DNA from: Candidatus Krumholzibacteriia bacterium
GTDB taxonomy: Bacteria; Krumholzibacteriota; Krumholzibacteriia; LZORAL124-64-63
Length of the DNA stretch: 11,883 nucleotides
Direction of reading: 5' to 3'
Assembly (NCBI GenBank): GCA_036351155.1
Contig: JAZBOO010000096.1
Coordinates: 1-11,883 of the forward strand
The notes under the pieces were generated by a model. It saw nothing but the letters and a program-made list of their open reading frames with translations, searched no databases and had not been told where the DNA came from. Positions within the stretch are counted from its first letter, which is position 1. Every line of letters starts with the position of its first letter. Positions 1-7,958 of the stretch are shown in pieces. A program made the position numbers and the translations under genes.

Positions 1-228
1 CTGGTGCTGTGCAATCCGCCCTTCCATCAGGATCATACCGTGGGCGACGCCACGGCACGGGCCCTGTTTGCCCAGGCTCACGGCGTGCTGAAAAGCGGGG
101 GAGAATTGAGGATCGTGGCGAACCGCCACCTGGGTTACCACGCCCGTTTGACCGAGCTGTTTGGCGGCTGTGCTCTGGTCGCCGAGAACGACAAGTTCGT
201 GATCCTCAGCGCCCGCCGCGGTCAGTGA
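1..228 (+). CDS. rlmG: C-terminal part (5'-truncated by the window edge) of a 23S rRNA m2G1835 methyltransferase, RlmG-like (RsmC/RlmG family)
   Basis: Frame is open from base 1: LVLCNPPFHQ...GELRIVANRHLGYH..L..LFG.C..VA.NDKFVIL. The NPPFH motif IV plus VANRHL and NxKFV closely follow the C-terminus of RlmG as I recall it. Stop TGA at 226-228. Confidence 0.8.
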   Translation: MVLCNPPFHQDHTVGDATARALFAQAHGVLKSGGELRIVANRHLGYHARLTELFGGCALVAENDKFVILSARRGQ

Positions 229-704
229 CCCATGATCCAGGCGGTGATTTTTTCCAGCCCGGCCTGATCCACGGGGCCAAACGCGTCCGGCTGATCCGAA
301 TCCACGTCCAGCACCCCGATCACGTTGCCCGCCGGTTCGCGCAAGGGCACCACAATTTCGCTCTGGCTGCGGCTGTCGCAGGCCACGTGGCCCGGAAAGG
401 CGTGGACATCGGGCACCAGCACCGTGGCTTTTTGCTGGACCGCGGCCCAGCACACCCCCTCGGGGCCCGGCAACACGGCGCAGGCCAGGGGGCCCTGGTA
501 CGGGCCCACCACCAGCTTCCCCTCCTTGAGCAGGTAGAAACCCGTCCAGAAAAAATGGGGCATCTTGGCCGACAGCAACGCACAGGCCGTGGCCATGCGG
601 GCGATGGGGTCCTCGGTCTGCTTGGGGCCCTGGTCCAGAAGTTCCTCCAGCTGGCCGGCGATGCGGTCGTAGCGGGCGGCGAGCTTGTCGGCGGCGGTGG
701 CCAT
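222..704 (-). CDS. msrC: GAF-domain free methionine-(R)-sulfoxide reductase (fRMsr/MsrC/YebR family), ~160 aa
   Basis: WTGFYL, GPYQGPLAC, GVCW, HVACD, SEIVVP and GVLDVDS motifs are present, including all three Cys typical of fRMsr. Start moved from the ORF-track position 803 to the ATG at 704, which has GAGAGGA 6 nt upstream on the minus strand. Confidence 0.85.
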   Translation of the reverse strand: MATAADKLAARYDRIAGQLEELLDQGPKQTEDPIARMATACALLSAKMPHFFWTGFYLLKEGKLVVGPYQGPLACAVLPGPEGVCWAAVQQKATVLVPDVHAFPGHVACDSRSQSEIVVPLREPAGNVIGVLDVDSDQPDAFGPVDQAGLEKITAWIMGH

Positions 705-762
705 GGAGGTTCCTCTCGTGATACCTTGTCCGGGTTGCCCTGGCCCCCGCCAAAACAATCCG

Positions 763-790
763 TTGTTCCTGGGGGGCTTTTCGTTAGAAT
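763..790 (+). promoter_or_regulatory. Candidate sigma70-type promoter for the ompA-like gene/operon
   Basis: TTGTTC (763-768), 16-bp spacer, TAGAAT (785-790) in an AT-richer patch about 50 bp upstream of ATG 843. Confidence 0.5.
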
Positions 791-842
791 GTGTTGAATT
801 CATTATTCGTGCCCGGGGGGACGGTCAGCAAGGAGAAAATCC

Positions 843-1505
843 ATGAAATTTTTGAAAATCGCTCTGGTTATGGTCCTGATCCTGGGACTGGTGGGCTGCG
901 CCAACATGCGGCAGCGTGACAAGGGGGCCGTGGTGGGAGCCGGCACCGGCGCCGTGCTGGGCGGCATCATCGGCAAGCACGCGGGCAACACCGCGGTGGG
1001 CGCCATCCTGGGTGCGGCCATCGGCGGGGCGGCCGGGGCTTACATCGGCAACTACATGGACCAGCAGGCTGCCGAGATCGAACGCGATCTGGAAGGCGCC
1101 ACCGTCGAGCGTGTGGGTGAGGGCATCAAGATCACCTTCGACAGCGGCATCCTGTTCGACGTGAACAAGGCCGAGGTCCAGGTGCCCGCGCAGAATAACC
1201 TGTCCAACCTGGCGGTCATCCTGAACAAGTACGACGACACCCTGGTGCTGATCGAGGGACACACCGATGCCACCGGCAGTGCCGAGTACAATCTGGGCCT
1301 TTCGCGCAACCGAGCCCAGGCGGTGGCCAACTACCTGTCCGGGGTGCAGGTCGATGCCACCCGGTTCACCATCATGGGCTATGGCGAGGAACAACCGGTG
1401 GCCGACAACGGCACCTTCGAGGGACGCCGGGCCAATCGCCGGGTCGAGATCGCCATCATGGCCAACGACGACCTGAAGGACGTGGCCGAGAAGAAGACCA
1501 AGTAG
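843..1505 (+). CDS. OmpA-family (peptidoglycan-binding) lipoprotein with N-terminal glycine zipper (YiaD-like)
   Basis: Signal peptide with lipobox LVGC; glycine zipper [17 protein letters not shown]...[17 protein letters not shown]; OmpA C-terminal motifs [36 protein letters not shown] at ~830-834. Confidence 0.92.
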   Translation: MKFLKIALVMVLILGLVGCANMRQRDKGAVVGAGTGAVLGGIIGKHAGNTAVGAILGAAIGGAAGAYIGNYMDQQAAEIERDLEGATVERVGEGIKITFDSGILFDVNKAEVQVPAQNNLSNLAVILNKYDDTLVLIEGHTDATGSAEYNLGLSRNRAQAVANYLSGVQVDATRFTIMGYGEEQPVADNGTFEGRRANRRVEIAIMANDDLKDVAEKKTK

Positions 1506-1527
1506 CCATCAAAGGACCAGTGACCGG

Positions 1528-3135
1528 ATGAAAAGGATCAAGAGCAACATCGCGACCAGCGACGCCGCTTTCCGCGAGAACGATCAGAAAAACCGGGCGC
1601 GCGCCGCCGAGCTGGCGCAGCTGCTGGGCAAGATCCGTCAGGGCGGCAGCGAGAAAAGTCGGCAACGTCAAACGGATCAGGGCAAGATGCTGGTGCGCGA
1701 CCGCATCGAGGCCCTGCTGGATCCGGGGGCTCCTTTTCTGGAACTGTCACCCCTGGCCGCCCATGACGTGTACGGTGACGAGGTGCCCGCCGCGGGTGTG
1801 GTCACGGGGATCGGACTGGTGCACGGCCGGCAGGTGATGATCGTGGCCAACGATGCCACGGTCAAGGGGGGCACCTACTACCCCCTGACGGTGAAGAAGC
1901 ACTTGCGCGCGCAGGAGATCGCCAAGGAAAACCATCTGCCGTGCATCTATCTGGTGGACAGCGGCGGCGCTTTTCTGCCCCTGCAGGACGAGGTGTTTCC
2001 CGACCGTGAACACTTCGGGCGCATCTTCTACAACCAGGCCACCATGAGCGCCCTGGACATTCCGCAGATCAGCGCCGTGCTGGGCAGCTGCACCGCCGGC
2101 GGCGCCTACGTGCCGGCCATGAGCGACGAGGTGGTGATCGTCAAGGAACAGGGCACCATTTTCCTGGGCGGACCACCCCTGGTCAAGGCGGCCACCGGCG
2201 AGGAAGTGACTGCCGAGGAGCTGGGCGGGGGCGACGTGCACACGCGCATCAGCGGCGTGGCCGATCATCTGGCCAACGATGATGCCCATGCTCTGCGCAT
2301 TGTCCGGGACATCGTGGAAAACCTGGGTCCCGTGCGCACCGCCCACATTCCCTGCAGCGTGCCGGAAGATCCCCACTACGATCCCGAGGAACTGTACGGG
2401 GTGGTCAGCCACGACCCCCGGATTCCCTTCGACATGCATGAGGTGATTGCCCGGCTGGTCGACGGCAGCCGCATGCACGAGTTCAAGCCGCGCTACGGCA
2501 CCACCCTGGTGTGTGGATTTGCGCGGATCCACGGTTACAGCGTGGGGATCATCGCCAACAACGGCATCCTGTTCAGCGCCGAGGCTCTGAAGGCCACCCA
2601 CTTCATCGAGCTGTGCAATGCCCGACGCATACCGCTGGTGTTCCTGCAGAACATCACCGGCTTCATGATCGGCAAGCAGTACGAGCACGGGGGTATTGCC
2701 AAGGATGGCGCCAAGATGGTCAACGCCGTGAGCAACAGCACCGTGCCAAAGTTCACCGTGATAGTGGGGGGCAGCTACGGGGCGGGCAATTACGGCATGT
2801 GCGGCCGGGCCTACCAGCCGCGGCTGCTGCTCATGTGGCCCCAGGCCAAGATCTCGGTCATGGGAGGGGAGCAGGCGTCGGGCGTGTTGCTGACGGTGAA
2901 GAAAGATCAGCTGGCCCGCCGCGGCGAGGAGCTGACGCCGGATCAGGAGAAGGAGATCGTCGATCCCATCCTGGCCAAGTACGAAAAAGAAGGACACGCC
3001 TACCACAGCAGCGCCCGGTTGTGGGACGATGGCGTGATCGATCCGATCCAGACCCGGGACATCCTGGGGCTGGGCCTGGCCATGAGCCTCAACGCGCCCA
3101 TTGACGTGGTCAAGTACGGCGTCTTCCGGATGTAG
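1528..3135 (+). CDS. liuB: 3-methylcrotonyl-CoA carboxylase beta subunit (carboxyltransferase)
   Basis: 535 aa with [97 protein letters not shown] and C-terminal GVFRM, all MCC-beta signatures. Confidence 0.92.
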   Translation: MKRIKSNIATSDAAFRENDQKNRARAAELAQLLGKIRQGGSEKSRQRQTDQGKMLVRDRIEALLDPGAPFLELSPLAAHDVYGDEVPAAGVVTGIGLVHGRQVMIVANDATVKGGTYYPLTVKKHLRAQEIAKENHLPCIYLVDSGGAFLPLQDEVFPDREHFGRIFYNQATMSALDIPQISAVLGSCTAGGAYVPAMSDEVVIVKEQGTIFLGGPPLVKAATGEEVTAEELGGGDVHTRISGVADHLANDDAHALRIVRDIVENLGPVRTAHIPCSVPEDPHYDPEELYGVVSHDPRIPFDMHEVIARLVDGSRMHEFKPRYGTTLVCGFARIHGYSVGIIANNGILFSAEALKATHFIELCNARRIPLVFLQNITGFMIGKQYEHGGIAKDGAKMVNAVSNSTVPKFTVIVGGSYGAGNYGMCGRAYQPRLLLMWPQAKISVMGGEQASGVLLTVKKDQLARRGEELTPDQEKEIVDPILAKYEKEGHAYHSSARLWDDGVIDPIQTRDILGLGLAMSLNAPIDVVKYGVFRM

Positions 3136-3144
3136 GAGCAACCG

Positions 3145-4023
3145 ATGGCCATCTTGCAGGAATCGATCGGCCGGGTCCTGGTCGTGACCATTGATAACCC
3201 TCAGGTGAAGAACGCCTTCGACCAGGCGACCATCGACGAGCTGCGTCAGGTGTTCGATGGGGTGGCTTACCGCGATGTGTTGCCGGCCGGACAGGAAGAC
3301 CAGCTGGACATTGGCCCGCAGGGGCGGTACCGGCCCCATGTGATTGTGCTGCGCGCCACGGGGTCGGTATTCTGCGCTGGAGCCCACCTGGGACAGATGA
3401 AGGAACTGGGCGCCGCCGGCTTTCAGGAAAACCTGGCCGCCGCCCTGGACATGGGCGCCATGTTTCGTGCGGTGAGAAATTGCCCCGTGCCGGTGGTGGC
3501 ACGCATTCAGGGGCCGGCCTTCGGCGGCGGGGTGGGACTGGTGGCGGCCTGCGACCTGGCCGTGGCCGCGCCCGAGGCACGTTTTGCCTTCACGGAGGTG
3601 CGGCTGGGCATTGTGCCCGGTGTGATCGCCCCGCTGGTCATTGACCGGATCGGGCAGCGCGCCGCTCGGGCCTGCTTCCTGACCGCCGAGCCCATCGGGG
3701 CCGCGGAGGCGCTTCAGATGGGGTTGATCGATCGGTTGGCGGCTGATAGTGACGGCCTGGACGATGCGGTCAACACCGTGGTGCGATCCCTGCTCAAGGG
3801 TGGGCCCGCGGCTCTTTCCCTCTGCAAGAGCTTGCTGGAAGGGGCGCAGAGCCTGGGCTTCTCGCGCAGTGCCGAACTGTGTGCCCGGATGATCGCCGAC
3901 GCCCGGACCAAGCCCGAAGGCCAGGCCGCCCTGCAGGCCTTTTTTGACAAGAAGCCCGCGCCCTGGATCAGTGCTGAACCCTGGAGCCTGTCGCCGACCG
4001 ACCCGGACGCCGCCGCAACCTGA
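3145..4023 (+). CDS. liuC: Crotonase-family enoyl-CoA hydratase, probable methylglutaconyl-CoA hydratase
   Basis: NAFD, FCAGA(H)L, PVVARIQGPAFGGGVGLVAACD, FTEVRLGIVP and EGQAALQAFFDKKPAPW. The GGGVGL variant (no first catalytic Glu) and the position between MCC subunits fit bacterial LiuC. AGGAG RBS at 3134-3138. Confidence 0.82.
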   Translation: MAILQESIGRVLVVTIDNPQVKNAFDQATIDELRQVFDGVAYRDVLPAGQEDQLDIGPQGRYRPHVIVLRATGSVFCAGAHLGQMKELGAAGFQENLAAALDMGAMFRAVRNCPVPVVARIQGPAFGGGVGLVAACDLAVAAPEARFAFTEVRLGIVPGVIAPLVIDRIGQRAARACFLTAEPIGAAEALQMGLIDRLAADSDGLDDAVNTVVRSLLKGGPAALSLCKSLLEGAQSLGFSRSAELCARMIADARTKPEGQAALQAFFDKKPAPWISAEPWSLSPTDPDAAAT

Positions 4024-4035
4024 CGAAAGAGGACC

Positions 4036-5595
<1,560 letters not shown>

Positions 5596-5622
5596 CCATC
5601 AACACATCCGAGAGGAAGACCT

Positions 5623-6123
5623 TTGTTTCTGGAGTTTCTGACCGATGATACCACCGTGCCGGTGCAGGTGAACCCCGATGGGCAGGACTGGCGTCTGGAG
5701 ATTGACGGCCAGGTGGTGCCCCTGCAGGCAGTCCGTTCCCGTGATGGAAGCTGGCTGGTGGAAACTCACCAGGGGCGACGCCGTCTCTTCGTGGCCAGCC
5801 GCGGTGACGAACGGCTGGTGTTCTGTGACGGCAAGGTCCACACCTTGCGGCTGCGCGATCCTGAACACGAGGACGAGGATATCGCGGCCGCCGGTGGGCC
5901 TCACCTGGTGGCCGACATGCCGGGCAAGGTGGTGGCCGTTCCGGTGGAAACGGGTCAGATTGTGAAGGTCGGACATACAGTCCTGATCATCGAAAGCATG
6001 AAAATGGAAACGGAACTGGCCGCCCCGGTGGCCGGAACTGTGGCCACGATTCACGTGAGCCCAGGTCAGGTGGTGGGGATGGGTGATCCCCTGCTCGATA
6101 TCACCCCGGACGTCGAGGAATAG
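5623..6123 (+). CDS. BT-like domain plus biotin carboxyl carrier domain (C-terminal part of a split MCC alpha subunit)
   Basis: ADMPGKVV..V..GQ.V..G...LIIESMKME.EL.APV.G.V..I.V..GQ.V..GD.L biotinyl-domain pattern (MKM biotinylation lysine), preceded by a beta-rich region. TTG start with GAGAGGA at 5610-5616. Confidence 0.88.
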   Translation: MFLEFLTDDTTVPVQVNPDGQDWRLEIDGQVVPLQAVRSRDGSWLVETHQGRRRLFVASRGDERLVFCDGKVHTLRLRDPEHEDEDIAAAGGPHLVADMPGKVVAVPVETGQIVKVGHTVLIIESMKMETELAAPVAGTVATIHVSPGQVVGMGDPLLDITPDVEE

Positions 6124-6135
6124 CGAGGAGATCCC

Positions 6136-6990
6136 GTGCAGAAATCATTGCATGAACTGATTGCCACCACCAGCGAACTGCGGTCCCTGCCTTCGACCAC
6201 CTTGCAGTTGACGGCTCTGCTGGATGACGACACCGTGGATGCGGGCAGCGTGCTGGCGATCATCGGCAAGGATCCCTCGTTGACCTCCAATCTGCTCAAG
6301 CTGGCCAACAGTGCCTTTTACGGTCTGCGCCGCCAGGTGGGGACCACGCGAGAGGCCCTGGTCATGCTGGGCAACCAGACGGTGGTCAACCTGGCTTTTG
6401 CCGCCAGCATGGGTGATGTTTTGCGTGGACCTTTGGCTGCTTACCGATTGGGCCGCAACGAGATGTGGCATCATGCCCTGGGCTGTGCCCTGGCTTCTTC
6501 GGCGCTCATTGTTCTGGATCAGGGAGGGGTGGAGTCGCGTGAGCGGGCCTTCACCTGCGGTCTGGTGCACGACATCGGCAAGCTCATCATGAATCGGCCC
6601 CTGCAGAAGGAACTGGTGCAGTTGCCGGTGGAGGGAACATTCAACGGCCTGATGGCCGCCGAGAAGCAGGTGCTGGGATTTGATCACAGCGAGGCGGGCG
6701 CGGCTCTGGGGGAGTCCTGGAATTTTCCCACCTACCTGGTCAATGTCATCCGGTTCCATCACCGGCCCGATGAAGCCACCCATGACCCGGAGATGACCAG
6801 GGCCGTGGCGGCGGCCAACCTCCTGGTGTGCCAGGTGGGATTTGCCGGAGGGACGGGGTCTTTGCCCGAGGCTGTCTTCGATGAGGAAATGACAAAGCTG
6901 GGTTATACCTCCGAGGAGATCACGCCCGTGATGGACAAGCTTCCCCTGGACCTGGAAAACATGTTGAGCATGATCGGCCAGTCGCTATGA
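6136..6990 (+). CDS. Stand-alone HDOD-domain (HD-related signalling output) protein
   Basis: LRSLP, I.KDPSLT..LLKLANSAFYG, A.V.LG, W.HAL, AFTCGLVHDIGK, E..VLGFDHSEAG..L...WNFP....VIRFHH. GTG start with GAGGAG RBS at 6126-6131. Confidence 0.9.
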   Translation: MQKSLHELIATTSELRSLPSTTLQLTALLDDDTVDAGSVLAIIGKDPSLTSNLLKLANSAFYGLRRQVGTTREALVMLGNQTVVNLAFAASMGDVLRGPLAAYRLGRNEMWHHALGCALASSALIVLDQGGVESRERAFTCGLVHDIGKLIMNRPLQKELVQLPVEGTFNGLMAAEKQVLGFDHSEAGAALGESWNFPTYLVNVIRFHHRPDEATHDPEMTRAVAAANLLVCQVGFAGGTGSLPEAVFDEEMTKLGYTSEEITPVMDKLPLDLENMLSMIGQSL

Positions 6991-7418
6991 AGGTCATTTT
7001 CCTTTGCACCGCCAATTCCTGCCGCAGCCAGATGGCCGAGGCCTGGGCGCGTCACCTCTTCCCGCCGGACTGGGAGGTGGCCAGTGCGGGGTTGTTGACC
7101 TACCGCATCACCAAGAAAACCCGGGCCGTGATGGCCGAGGTGGGACTGGACATGGCCGGGCAGGACACCAAGACCCTGGACCGATTCGACCTGGACCAGT
7201 TCGACCTGGTGGTGACCCTGAGTCACGAGGTGGGAACCTACCTTCCGGAACTGTCCCACCCTGAGCGGCATGTCCCCTGCCCCATGGACGATCCCATGTC
7301 CGCCAAGGGCGAGCCGGAAGAGGTCCGCGAGGCCTTTCGTCGGGGGCGCGAGCGGATTCGGCGCATTGTCCAGGCGGTGGTCGACGGCACCCTGGAGCCC
7401 GGCTTTCCCCGCGACTGA
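6987..7418 (+). CDS. LMW-PTP/ArsC-fold protein (arsenate-reductase-like) lacking the canonical resolving Cys pair
   Basis: P-loop CTANSCRSQMAE (CX5R), SAG, M.EVG.D, D.VVTL, DDP, F...R..I. ATGA overlap with the HDOD stop indicates translational coupling. Confidence 0.85.
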   Translation: MKVIFLCTANSCRSQMAEAWARHLFPPDWEVASAGLLTYRITKKTRAVMAEVGLDMAGQDTKTLDRFDLDQFDLVVTLSHEVGTYLPELSHPERHVPCPMDDPMSAKGEPEEVREAFRRGRERIRRIVQAVVDGTLEPGFPRD

Positions 7419-7713
7419 TCGCTTCTTCTCCCCGCTCCTTTCGTTTTTCCCCATTCAAGGCTCTAGGTGGGGGTTTTGAAAGGAGATACAGAATTCATTA
7501 GGCATCGTCGAATGTCATACAAATCCTCCCGGAAAGTTCACGCGTGGATTTGCGACCCGATTCCCAAAAATTTGTAAACATCGGGTAAGGGATTCTAAAG
7601 CCGCTTTTCCAGAGGTTTTCCCGCCTTTGCTTTTGGGTCCCGCCAGGCAAAAAGAAATTTTCAAATATTGTCTTTGCTCCGCTTCCCCGGAAAGATTTAT
7701 TGTCTCGCCTGTC

Positions 7714-7761
7714 CCACAACGGGATGTGGTGGCCAGAAAGCCGATGCCCTATATATTGGGG
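7714..7761. promoter_or_regulatory. Tandem NrdR boxes upstream of nrdJ
   Basis: 7746-7761 gccCTATATATTGggg matches the whole core of the NrdR consensus acaCwAtATaTwGtgt. 7714-7729 ccaCAACgggaTGtgg is a degenerate copy exactly 32 bp upstream, the canonical tandem spacing. The downstream gene is a ribonucleotide reductase. Confidence 0.72.
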
Positions 7762-7958
7762 TTATCCGGTGTCACCGAAAATCAAGTTCGATCTAATTTT
7801 TCATCAATTGGGACCGTTGTTTCCAACCCGGTTCTGGATTGTTGACCCCGTGAAACGGGGCGCTCCCTGCGGAAATTGGGCATACAGAAAATAAACCAAG
7901 TACGGACAACACATCATCAATAAGTGATTCAGAAGGATCTGAACGAGGGGAAAACGGA

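Noticed and set aside
9..797. 262-aa plus-strand ORF
   Set aside because: Overlaps rlmG out of frame and lies antisense to the well-supported msrC; no motifs.
705..803. 33-aa N-terminal extension of the GAF protein in the ORF track
   Set aside because: Runs through the divergent promoter region; ATG 704 has a proper SD and gives a family-typical length.
7498..7894. Short ORFs in the nrdJ upstream region (7498-7719 minus, 7627-7845, 7700-7894, and a 21-codon ORF from ATG 7512)
   Set aside because: AT-rich codon usage unlike the real genes, no well-spaced SD, and most overlap the NrdR boxes or candidate promoter elements.
7419..7958. Cobalamin riboswitch upstream of the B12-dependent RNR
   Set aside because: I could not find the conserved cobalamin-riboswitch core elements by eye, and such switches typically control B12-independent isoenzymes. 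A cmscan run would be decisive.
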